A stretch of 60,000 nucleotides of DNA, from positions 51,586,001-51,646,000 of the forward strand of contig OZ249436.1 of assembly GCA_965235115.1 (NCBI GenBank), given 5' to 3'. The notes beneath the pieces were generated by a model, which was not told the DNA's origin, made no database searches, and saw nothing but the letters and a program-made list of their open reading frames with translations. Below, piece by piece: positions 27,545 through 38,714 of this stretch (its first letter is position 1; each line of letters begins with the position of its first letter). Source of the DNA: Laetmonice hystrix (lineage: Eukaryota). A program made the position numbers and the translations under genes.

Positions 27545-30500
27545 TTATGCCAGGATTTGGTCCAGGTAAGGGGTAGCTGCAAGGTTTCCAACTGCGGCCA
27601 TAGATGGCTTGCCATTGATCACACGCTTGGCCACCTGCAAAAAGTCACAAACTTACATAAAAAAATTCTATTTAGACTACTAAAACAAGGTCAACGAATG
27701 TCAGTGGTACGAAGAAGTATAGTCAATGCGTCCGATCGCCAAAGTGTCCGACGAGTCAATGTGTCCGGGGGCTAGTCAAAGTGCCCGATGTGAAAAGTCA
27801 AAGTGTCCGAGGTCGTTAGTCAAAGTGTAAGAGCAGATTACCATACATAATTATAAATGAATAAATCCGACTATAAAAACTGGCTGCGCTTAGGCCTAGG
27901 TCCGGCAGGTGAGCCAAGCCAGGGTTCGTGCTGCCCGCCCGGGCCTGACTGGGCCTGAACCCCGGGCCCGCGGCCTTTGGACCCGCGGACACTTTGACTC
28001 CTATCGCCGGACACTTTGACTCAAACTGCGGACACATTGACTCAAGCGGCGGACACATTGACTCGGACGCTTTTACCGTCGGACGCTTTGACCAACCCCC
28101 GGTACGAAATCCAATGTTCATTGTTCCGACACCCTCTATGGGTCTTTGATTTTAAAATATCTAGATATTATTTATATTATAGTATAAAATATGACAATAT
28201 TAGAAATTCAAAATGCGAGTGACAAGGAAGAGTGTACCCACAGCCTGCACGTCGGCAAGGGTGATCTTATCGATGGCGGCGTCCATGTCCTGAGGTTGAA
28301 GAATCTGACCGCTGATAAGAATCTGACCTGCCAGGTCCTCGAGGGCAGTGCTCGTTGACTCCATACTCATGTGGAGGGCTGCCTTCAGCTGAGTCCTGAA
28401 ACAAGAGCCATTTTTAACATCGCTCACCTCCCACTGGTAGAACGTACTTATTCTAGCCTGTAACGTCATCATTTATAGTTCGTATAGTTCTGGTGTTTAT
28501 TATGTTTACTTACTTTCCTCGTGTAACATCATCGTCAGTGATGCTTCCCTTGGTTGCATTGCCGAACTGGGTAGCCACAGCCTTCAGAACCTACAATCCA
28601 CATTCACAACAGTTTTGTACACATATGATATCAATGAACTTCTATAACAGTGCAAAACCTACATGAAGGACGGTGATGTGCTTCATAGCTACTGCTGTCA
28701 GTCTATAAATCATATATAAATCATAAACCAGAGATACAAACCTTGCCGCTATCAACTGCTGAAGAAACCACATAGAATCCAAACAATCCAGAGCCACCAT
28801 AATTCATATTAATGCACGAGGCCTGTCGAAAAAAAAAAACAAACAGCATTACTAATAGAGTATTTGTACACAAGATGCAGGTAGTGGTAGGTCAGAAACA
28901 CAAACTGTAATTAATGTTAAAAGTGGACTATAATTTAAAGATCTTGACGACGGTATCTACTGACTGCGAATGGGCTGCCGGTGACCTGTGCGATGGCCTG
29001 GTTGACTTTGGAAGTAGTCAAGTTGTCGCTGTATTTGATGGTTGGTCCAGTACCCATCACACACTGTAAGACACCAAGTGGCAGGAGGTCCTTGCTGCCC
29101 AAGCTGGCCCCTTCAGTCACAATGGCAGCGTGGACCACTGGGCTTAGTGTGTTAGTGCGTGCTTCACCTGGTGGCAGCAAATGGCAGTTAGGCACCATGA
29201 CCATACAATGAAGGTATCTTCACCTTATTACACATGTCAATATGTGTCATTGATTGGACACTAACTAGTAAATCTACCCAAATACTTTTTTGATCTGCTT
29301 AGCTCAATATTTTAATGCATCTTCCTCATCAAAATCAATGTGCATTTAATTTACTGCTCAGAGAAGTGAGGTGTTTTTCATTACCTCCATGGTATGTTGA
29401 CTTGACGTCCGGCGGTGCTGGACCATCCAGTGGTTGAAGCTTGGATTGGGTTAGACCAACGAGTTCATCATGGTCAACACCCACACCCACCACAGCCATA
29501 TTGCCTGACGTGTAGTTCTGAGACACAAAGTCGTGAAGCATATCTGCCGTGTGGTGCCCAACCCGCAAGCGTGACATGTAGAGAGAGTTTCCTAGGGCAT
29601 TGCGGTAGGCTGCCTGATGTAGTCCCTCCAGCATTTCTGGTTACAATAAGGGAACATTTTTGCAAACCTTACTCTTGAAACTGATTTCATTTATTAACAA
29701 TATCAAAAAGGTTATGAATGAATATGAAAATCCGACATGGTTCATGTTCAGCATTATTAGCTGAACCAGAAGTATCACTTAAGTTCAAAATACTGGGATC
29801 ATTCCCACTTACGGACTTCCGGCATCTGGTCGAACATTCCTAAGTCCAGGTTAGTATATTTGGTGTTATCTTTCAGCTCCCAATACTTGAATCCAGAGGC
29901 GGATGCAGCTGCAGCAAGCTTCTCGAAAGCCTCAGCTAAGTTGTCACGGGTTGACTCCAGTTGGTATAACATGTGGTCACGGGTGGTTGAGCAGCTCAGG
30001 CTCCCACCGAGTTGCTGCACACTACGTGTTATACCAAAACCACTTCCTCTACTTGTAGTCTGGGGAATAAGAAAATAAAGCCATTCTGGATTGCAAAGAA
30101 AAATGATTCTTTAGCTAATGAATTTGAGAAAAGTTTGCTTTACTCCAGCTTTCAGGTTAATAAAATTGTAGGATATCTGAACACTGTGTTTGAATTATTG
30201 AATACGAGACTAGGACATTGGGCCAAATGTCTGATTGATTTATAGACCTTTATTTGTCAAGTGACATTGCAGCATTGCTTACATCTTACACAGAACCAAC
30301 CTGCTAGTACGATATTACTACTGGACTGGATCAAAATCACAAAATTAAGGCACAGATCATGATGGCTTTGTATGGAGACACTCACCAAGTTAGAAGAGTT
30401 CCTCAGACAGTGTGTTATACCCAGGTTATCAGCTGTCTCTGTCTTACTTCCAGCATTGTAAATGATGCCCACCCTTGAAACTGGCGAGTAGTTTTCCAGT

Positions 30501-33500
30501 GAAGCAACGACAACACCATTTGGTAACCGGGTAATCTGTTCATGTGAAAATATAATGTGGGACACTATAAATCAATAAAGACTGCAAAATCAAGCTTGCA
30601 TGAGCAAACTTCAGCTTTCACTTTAAATATCCACTTTATTTTTACATACCTGCCAACATTTGGTTGACGGAATCCGGAATCATCCCAAATTGACTTTTGA
30701 TATTCTCTCTAAATAACTTATATGGGCCCCCTTTCTTTTATCCATCTCTCTCTTCCTCTCCCTTACTGACAGAAAGCACAACTCTGATTTACTAAACTTA
30801 GTCTAGAGATCTAGTTATATGGCAGGGACCATAAACGATCTTTTTGCCAGTGAAACTCTGCCATGAGCAAGAGATTTAACATGTATTTGGAGGGAATCTA
30901 TACTTATTCTGTAAATGTTATGATTCCGTAATATTTAGAGAGTAATGCGGAATGCGGAATACCTCATTCAAATGCGGAAAGATTCCGCAGAATGCAGAAG
31001 GGTTGGCAGGTCTGTTTTTATAAAAACTTATTTCAGAGACACAAACATCAGAGTCTTGGGTTCTACTTCTCAAGTTCTTAGGTAAGTAAGTATTGTATTC
31101 AAACATCCAACACTGTCCTAAAACTGTAAAACTCCACAAATCTCAATATTTCTTGTACTACATTAGTTAGGTTATGTAGGCTGTATATTACTGTGCTTTA
31201 TAATCATAATGGTTTAATTCGTAAAGTAAACCTTACAAATCCATTCCTACCTTTGGGGCTTGTTTTGGCAAGACAACATGTTCTACCCTGGCAGCAGCTG
31301 CAGGGGCTGTGTAACATCGCTTTGACTGTAAACGTGAAGAGATAACAGCTGGGGTTATATTTAGGGATTTTTTTTCTAGGTATCAGTTGAATTCCCATAA
31401 ACCTTAGTTTATCAAGCAATTTGGGTACAGTGCACTTCAGGGGTCCCAATTCCCGCCAAAACTGAAAATCATGTAATACAGCCTAAAGCCGTAAAGGAAT
31501 TTTTCTTAGTAACATTCAGCTTAAAGCGACAGTCTTGTCCTTCAGCATTGTGCAATAGGCTTCCCATCCTAACGGTCAACATGCTATTTATTTTATAGAC
31601 ATCACTTCCTATGCCACAGGAACCTATAGGAACTGACTTCTATAAATGGCACATCGACCGTTAGGATGAGAAGCCTATCGCACAATGCTGAAGGACGAGA
31701 CTATCGCTTTAAATTCAATTATGGTGGTTAAATGTGTTAAAACAAAATATTCTAACAGTAACACCATTCAAGGACAACCAGGTACAAGGGACAAAACGGT
31801 GTCTGGACGTTTCGAGCGCGAACCAGTTCGAGCGCCGACACTGACCACTTCGAGCGCGACTATTTCACAACTGAGTCAACTCGGCCTGTATTTCACAACA
31901 TCCGTTCTCAGAAGTCGGCAAGAATTATATCCCTATCTTTCGTATGATGATAGTCATGATACTAGGCTATTATTCATATTGCGACATTGACAGGGCCCCT
32001 ATAAGCACACTCGAACGTGACCGCGCTCAACTGTCTCGATGGAAATCTACCCCCGATCGAAATCGGCCGCGGACGACAGGGCGTAGCATGTGGGCGGCTC
32101 CACCGGCGGAGCCCCGCCCAACTCAATCGCGCTCGAACTGGCAATGAAGCGGCGCTCGAACTGGTCCTGGGACCGACAAAACGGTCAATGGGGGAGACTC
32201 TAAGTTAGTCTAGACTAGACTCTAGTCTAGTAACCAGATCTAGCCTAGTAAGTATAATCTAGACTAGTACTAGAATCTACTTGCAGAATGCAGACGATAC
32301 AAAAATAATTGGCAATTCACTGGAGAAATTTTTGCAATGTGGGCGATTCATCAATTTCATGCCAGTACTGAGAGTGAGACTACTATTAAACCTCCCGTCA
32401 ATTCTTTGGAGACAGCGTTGTTACCACAGACAGTCAGTGTTGACCGATGCTAGGGTGTTTCGGCCATTTTTAAATAGGAAAGATACTGTTTTTTTTATTG
32501 TTATCACTGCATAGAACACACAATTCTAAGACCTACAGATTTTAAATGAAGTCTCTAGCACCATTATTAACAAAGTTATGACTATTTTAGTGGGTCAAAA
32601 AATGGGTCCTCGAGGGGATCGCTGGGCCTATTCAAAGTAGTGGAAGCCATGGCACCAGAAATCCCACTTTTACAGAAATCGAGAAACTGTATTTTTAACA
32701 GAATATATGATATCTGAAAAAGTTTTGGTCTAATTTTAATTTGGTTTTTAATAATAAGTAGGTCAACCCCTCGCCTTTCATAATTTCGTCGAATCCAAGA
32801 TGGCGGCCAAGATGGCTGCCAAGATGGCGGCCAAGATGGCTGCCGTGTCACGAGTCAAAACAGATACCAAATAAAGTTTTATGATTTTTTTTGCACAGCA
32901 GTCTGCTGAATCTTAAACTAAATGTACTCTATTTATTGTTTAATTGTTCCAAGACAGTTATTTAATGAATATAGACGTTATTTAAATTCAAAATGACGGC
33001 AAAAATGGCCCCTAAAATCTAAGGTGGATGAAAAAAAGCATGGAAGCATGTAATCACAAGTAACAGAAAGTTCACAAAATCACAACTGATCAGGGAGGGG
33101 CAGATCCAGGTTTGTGCCGAGGGGGTGGGTGTTGTGGGGTGCCAAGAGGGGGGTTGTAGGTGCCTTTCAATCAGAAAGAAAAATCACTGCCTAAGGGAAG
33201 GGGGGAGTTGCAATCCCAGAACCCTCCCCCCCCCCGCCCCGCCCTGGATCCGCCAATCCAATGCTGGTCATTTCTATTCTAATTAACTTTCATAGATCTA
33301 TGTTTCTTGCCAACTTGACTTCTGTTTACGGTTAATTAAGATTACATAAAGTCAAGACAGAAGTGGCCATAAAGTAAAATACAAAGACACATTGTACCAT
33401 TACCAGGACCAGCCAAACGCACACCGCCCCAGCCACCCCCCACTGCACTGGCTCACTCAAGAGCCGCCGTCAGTCACCGCCGTGTCGCCGTGCGTGTGCT

Positions 33501-35423
33501 ACCGCTGCGCTGTTGCCTGTTCAACAGGCTGTCAGTTGGCGTACTCTCACCCTCAACAACTTTACAGCAAGGGTATACTAGAGCTGACCTCGTCTGCACT
33601 TGTTAAATCCATCTTTAAAAGCCCCAGTATGCTAACAGTCTATTGATAAGTAACTGCCAAAGACCCGGGCGCTGGCGGGTACAGCACTGCGGGAGTAACC
33701 GCCATCACAGGCCGTCAACAATGCCCGGTCTGCCACCCGCGCTAGCGTCAAAAGTCGGCAAACGTCACATTTGTGCCGGCGTTGACACCGGCGCGCCATT
33801 TTAATCACAAACCGACCCAGTCATGCATTTTTCAAATCAAAAACCTCCACTCATAGTAACATTAACCTCTTAAAAAACTAGCCCAATTGAATTTACGTGA
33901 CTTCATTTAACTAGATCCGAGTGAACTAACTACCGACCTAAGGTGATTCCAATAGTTATTTTCAAATCTGTGACAGTTTCGATCGTATCTCCGTTGTTTA
34001 CTGACCTTCAGATTTAGTTCAAACGGTTCCAGAATCCTCAGCCTCTTTTCTAACAGATGGTCCTATTGTTTTAGTCTTTCATCCAATAACGGCGAGAGGT
34101 TTTTAATTTGTCTGTGATGCGATTTTCGTCACAATCACAAAAATGCGCGTCACAGTGCTCCCAGAGCGGTGGAGCTCCGTCGCGGCCGTAACGCCATGAA
34201 GAACTCTCCATAATTCTAGAAATCGACGATCTTTGGTCTTAAAAACTGGCCAGACATCGTGCTTAACATGTTTTACGTGCACCACGTGAGTTTCATCTTT
34301 AAAAAACTTTTAGTTTTATAGATACAAGGTGTTGTTTGCACATTGTCCAGCCACGATGGCGAAATGTGGCGGAATCCCCTTGTTTTGGTCACGTGACGAA
34401 ACTCCCTACCGATGCCGGGGGGGTGGGGGGGGTTACAACACTCAACACGACAACAGTCAACACGTAACTTACTTAGTCAGTTCATGAGTTATGGTAGTTC
34501 AGTTTCTAAACGGTGTCTTCCAGAACACCGTTTAGTTGTCAAGTGACACTGGCCTAGCGATTCTTGGACGCTCTGCGAAGAGGTCCGTTATCGCAACTTT
34601 GCGGCCTTCGTTTTGGTACTAAACTTCTTCGACGGAGCATGAAATCGATTTTTATAGAGAGCCACGGTATTGAAATTTCTATTCCGAACTTGATTATAAT
34701 TATTGGACAAATATAACGTCCACGCGGTCCGGTTGTTTACGAGCAAGTCGGGTCCGTAGCTCCGGCAGCCATCTGCGGTGCACTGAGTGACCGGGAACTG
34801 ATAAAAGTTAGATCGATACTGGTACCCGAAACGGGTAGCTTCACTCTGTGCCGTCAGCGTCTGCTTGAACAGAGCGCGACCTACTTATGCGGTCCGTTCC
34901 GGATGCACTATAGGAGTCGAAAATACGCATACCTGATAAACTGGGTCACCGCTGGTCGCCCGCGCTGCGCTGTATTTGACCAAACAAACTGTGAATTTCA
35001 CCTACTAAGATAACATCCAACAAAATACATTTACGTATCTGTTGAAGTAACCTCTTTTGTTTACTCTCAGCAAGTTTCAGTGCCAAAAGTGGTCTGACAC
35101 ATGACTTTGAGGCGATGATGCGCGATAGGACCGAGATAGAACCCCGGCAGCATAGCAGTCGCTGGCGCATTTGTACTCGACGGTCAGAGTCCGTATGGAC
35201 GTAAGGACTAGGACTCTGACTTGTTGGAGTAGAGTTATGGCAGTCAGTGACAGTGTCACTCACGGTCACGTCCAAGGACACGAATGCTATGAGCCCGATT
35301 ACGATGTTTAAAGGTTAAAACAAGACTGGAAGTGAAGCTTATTTTAATTTTAACATACTAGATGTATGATAAACACGTATTTACCCGCAAAGCGGTGAGA
35401 ATCGGCCTTGCAGCGGACTTCAT
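27545..35423 (-). CDS. UQCRC2: Cytochrome b-c1 complex core subunit 2 (M16 family), ~455 aa
   Basis: Exons 35423-35385, 31325-31251, 30535-30386, 30059-29813, 29636-29385, 29167-28965, 28822-28742, 28590-28514, 28395-28242, 27634-27545; total 1368 nt. Arg-rich presequence MKSAARPILTALRSKRCY; ITRLPNGVVVASLENYSPVSRVG; LHQAAYRNALGNSLY; C-terminus SMAAVGNLAATPYLDQI. Confidence 0.95.
27716..28100. repeat. MITE-like element with mirrored subterminal repeats, last UQCRC2 intron
   Basis: GTCAAAGTGTCCG-like units on the left, inverted CGGACACTTTGAC units on the right. Confidence 0.65.
31525..31708. mobile_element. Palindromic MITE with TTAA duplication (Kolobok-like AG..CT ends)
   Basis: TTAA|AGCGACAGTCTTGTCCTTCAGCATTGTGC...GCACAATGCTGAAGGACGAGACTATCGCT|TTAA. 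Confidence 0.8.
31797..32175. mobile_element. MITE with TTCGAGCGC subterminal repeats
   Basis: CGGT..TGGAC / GTCC..GACCG ends; TTCGAGCGC x3 on the left and GCGCTCGAA on the right; ACAAAA on both flanks. Confidence 0.6.
32795..32844 (+). repeat. Tandem 12-bp CCAAGATGGC(G/T)G x4 (YY1-like motif array)
   Basis: CCAAGATGGCGG CCAAGATGGCTG CCAAGATGGCGG CCAAGATGGCTG in UQCRC2 intron 1. Confidence 0.8.
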
Positions 35424-35688
35424 TTCTGTTGGATGTCACTCCTTTACACAAACCACCGGTCGACACACAGACAGAAATGGCCCGTGAGGAATCACGTGAC
35501 TAATTATCCTGCAGGAACGACAACATTATGAAAACCTTTGACAGGACGCAAAAACGGTGCAACTTTGAACGTGGATTTTGATGTGCCGGTGTAGCGCAAA
35601 TATAGTAGTCCGTCCAAAATAGTAGTCACTATGGGGCGCCTCCAGTAACTGGTGCATTTATGGACTTCTGCTTTAAGTTGTTTCCATA

Positions 35689-37743
35689 CCTACGCTAAGG
35701 AAACTGAAAGGTAGAAAAAATCTCTACATAAACCATGAAGCAAAAAAGCTAATAAAGGAAAAGAGACAGCTGTGGAGTAAATACAAGGCAAGTCTGGATT
35801 ATTACGAGTATGCGAGATTTGTAGGGGCGAGAAATAGGTTACGAGGCCTCACCCGTACACTAAGAGAGAATTATGAAAGGAACTTGGCCGCAAACATCAA
35901 GATCAACCCTAAAGCTTTTTGGAAGTACGTTAACACGAGATTAAAAACAAAATCCAAGCTGGACGACTTAATCAGGGACGACGGCTCAAGAGCTACGACT
36001 GAGGAGGAAAAAGTTCAAGTTCTAAATGATTTTTTCAGTGGGGTTTTCACGGATGAAACTTTACCTGCGCCCCAGATAGTTAGTCATTTCGAGGGGGAAC
36101 CGTTGGATGACATACAAATAACGGAGGACATAATCAGGAAGAAGCTAACCAAGTTGCAGCCTTGCAAATCCCCTGGGCCAGATGGATGGCATCCACGTGT
36201 GCTGAAGGAAACCGCAGACCAGTTAGCCACCCCCTTTAATGTCCTGTTCCGCAAATCCCTAGATGAGGGTCACTTACCTGATGACTGGAAAGAGGGGCAC
36301 ATCACTCCTATACACAAAAAGGGCAGCAGAAGCAAAGCTGGAAACTATAGGCCAGTGTCACTTACGTCAGTCATAGTTAAGCTAATGGAATCACTAATAA
36401 GAGACGCGATGGTAAAGCATATGGTTACAAACAACTTGTTTACAGCGGAGCAACACGGATTTGTACCTGGCCGATCTTGTACAACAAACCTACTCTTAAC
36501 TCTGGAAGACTGGATTCAGTCGCTTGAGCATGATACTCCAGTTGACGTCCTATATCTCGATTTTAAGAAGGCCTTTGATTCTGTCCCGCATGCTCGCTTA
36601 CTGGAGAAGGTAGCCTCTTACGGTTTTTCAGGAAAAATCCTAGAATGGATAAAGAACTTCACTATCGGTAGAAGGCAACGGGTAGTTCATGGAGGTGCGA
36701 AATCCGAGTGGTCGCTCGTCCGGAGTGGAATACCGCAAGGATCAGTTCTTGGCCCGACACTCTTTGTGATTTACATAAATGACCTTCCCGAAGTGGTAAA
36801 AAGCACGTGCCAGATATTCGCGGATGACACCAAACTATACAGAAGTATGAGTAGTGTAGAGGACTACCATATGCTGCAAGAGGACCTGGATCACCTTGTG
36901 GAATGGTCTCAGAAGTGGCAGCTGCCTTTCAACAACGAAAAATGTAAAACCATGAACCTAGGAAGATCGAATGTTGAGGATAACTATAGCATGGAGGGAA
37001 TATTACTGGAGCAAACAAGCAATGAGAAGGACCTAGGAGTGATCATGGACGGACAATTGAAATTCCATGAACACACAGCTGCATCAGTCAACAAGGCCAC
37101 TAGCATACTAGCCATGATTAAGAAGTCCTTTGCTGTGCTAGACCAAACAACATTGCCATGGCTCTACAACACAATGGTACGTCCCCACCTTGAGTATGGG
37201 AATACGATATGGGGCCCCTACTACAAGCAGGACCAGGAGGCCTTAGAGCGTGTGCAGAGGCGGGCCACTAAACTTGTCTGGGCTATTCAACATCTGACGT
37301 ACCAGGAGAGATTACAAGAGCTGCAAATACCATCCTTATACCACAGGAGACGAAGAGGGGATATGATAATGTTATACAAGATCTTTAGTAACAGAGTGCA
37401 AATTAACCCAGAGGATCTTTTCACCTTAAACACAAATCCCACGAGAGGGCACAAATGGAAACTGTATAAACAACCCTACCGTAACAGATTTCGCAAGCAA
37501 AGCTTGGGATGGAGAGCAACAAACGACTGGAACAGCCTCCCTGCAAATATCATAGAGGCCACCTCACTCGATGCTTTTAAAGCTAGACTGGATAAACACT
37601 GGGAGAGTTTCCGTTTTGATCTACCGACGCCGTAGTCGGGAACGTATGCTGCAATGAACTAGTTGAAATTGAAACAGTGGTGATCGGGACCAACAGGATT
37701 ACCTTCTACTTCCCGAAAATTACTACTAGGCCTACTACTACTA
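35689..37743 (+). mobile_element. 5'-truncated CR1-clade non-LTR retrotransposon (LINE)
   Basis: ORF2 frame open from ~35686 to stop at 37635, then a short 3'UTR and a (CTA)n tail at 37721-37743. Possible 4-bp CATA duplication at 35685-35688 and 37744-37747. The endonuclease domain is absent because of the truncation. Confidence 0.92.
35884..37635 (+). CDS. LINE ORF2 reverse transcriptase (truncated, uninterrupted)
   Basis: RT motifs KSPGPDG, NYRPVSLTS, QHGF, YLDFKKAFDSVPH, GIPQGSVLGP, FADD. CR1-type C-terminus LERVQRRATK...RGH.WKL...NDWNSLP. Confidence 0.93.
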   Translation: MAANIKINPKAFWKYVNTRLKTKSKLDDLIRDDGSRATTEEEKVQVLNDFFSGVFTDETLPAPQIVSHFEGEPLDDIQITEDIIRKKLTKLQPCKSPGPDGWHPRVLKETADQLATPFNVLFRKSLDEGHLPDDWKEGHITPIHKKGSRSKAGNYRPVSLTSVIVKLMESLIRDAMVKHMVTNNLFTAEQHGFVPGRSCTTNLLLTLEDWIQSLEHDTPVDVLYLDFKKAFDSVPHARLLEKVASYGFSGKILEWIKNFTIGRRQRVVHGGAKSEWSLVRSGIPQGSVLGPTLFVIYINDLPEVVKSTCQIFADDTKLYRSMSSVEDYHMLQEDLDHLVEWSQKWQLPFNNEKCKTMNLGRSNVEDNYSMEGILLEQTSNEKDLGVIMDGQLKFHEHTAASVNKATSILAMIKKSFAVLDQTTLPWLYNTMVRPHLEYGNTIWGPYYKQDQEALERVQRRATKLVWAIQHLTYQERLQELQIPSLYHRRRRGDMIMLYKIFSNRVQINPEDLFTLNTNPTRGHKWKLYKQPYRNRFRKQSLGWRATNDWNSLPANIIEATSLDAFKARLDKHWESFRFDLPTP

Positions 37744-38714
37744 CATATGCGATTTCAATCCGAACTGTATTTATTGAGAACGGGCCAGTTAAACCTGGAC
37801 TACTATTTTTACGGCTGTTGTAGACCCGCGGCCTTTCAACCTAATTTGAGATAACACGGCACTGCGAAAGTTAGGTGACACGAACCTGAGGTGCAGCCTA
37901 AGTAGGCAGGCGGAGGCCATGGTAGCAGGCCGCGGCTTACGACTCTCAACTAACTTGCACAAGCTAATTCTAGCCTGGATGGAAGAAAGGACTACTAATT
38001 TGACGGACTACTATTTTGGCGCCACTAAGCGCCAAAATAGTAGTCCGTCCTACATAGTTCACAGCATCAAAATCCAATTTCCGTGTGATGACATGGGATA
38101 TTGGCAAGGATACACGATCCTTGATATTGGGCCTATAACGTGTTAGCTAGGCTAGTCGAATCTTGACGGTTTTTCTAGGGGGCACAGCACAGTGCAAAAA
38201 CCAAAAACGAACAAACAAACTATGGGACCTCTGACGACTTCATGTCCCGCGACCTAAGAGCGAGCTTTTTTTTAAAAGAAATCTTTTAATGGTTTATGTA
38301 GTACTTTATGTATTATTTTACGTATGTAGACTATCATGTAACTACGTATCAAGCAAAAGTTTCTTTAGATTTTATCAGTTCATGTAGCCGTGTATGATAT
38401 GCAGGACCCCACATTTACAACGGCACCCAGTCGAGTGGGTTATCCTGGGTAAAGATGTTTAATAAAAAAAACAACAACAAAACAACTGCTTTTCTTTCAC
38501 AAATTTGCAGAAGAAGCTGTAAGTCGGTCAACCAAACCAGTGTAATGTAGCGAGAACCAAATAAAGGATATTTTTTATGGCTGCAGGCTATCTATTTCCA
38601 AGATGGATGCGCCCATGACATGGATGATTCTGTCCATGATTCTGGCGTGAGGGACTCGAGCCGAGGGATCGCTAAAAATCCAAGTTCTAAACTCAGCCAG
38701 TATTCAAAGGAAAC

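Larger units (their letters stand above)
35572..38076. mobile_element. Inverted-repeat non-autonomous element hosting the LINE
   Basis: TGGATTTTGATG (35572-83) is inverted relative to CATCAAAATCCA (38065-76). Subterminal TAGTAGTCCGTC repeats at ~35600-35627 are mirrored as GACGGACTACTA at ~37990-38050. Outer limits are approximate. Confidence 0.6.
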
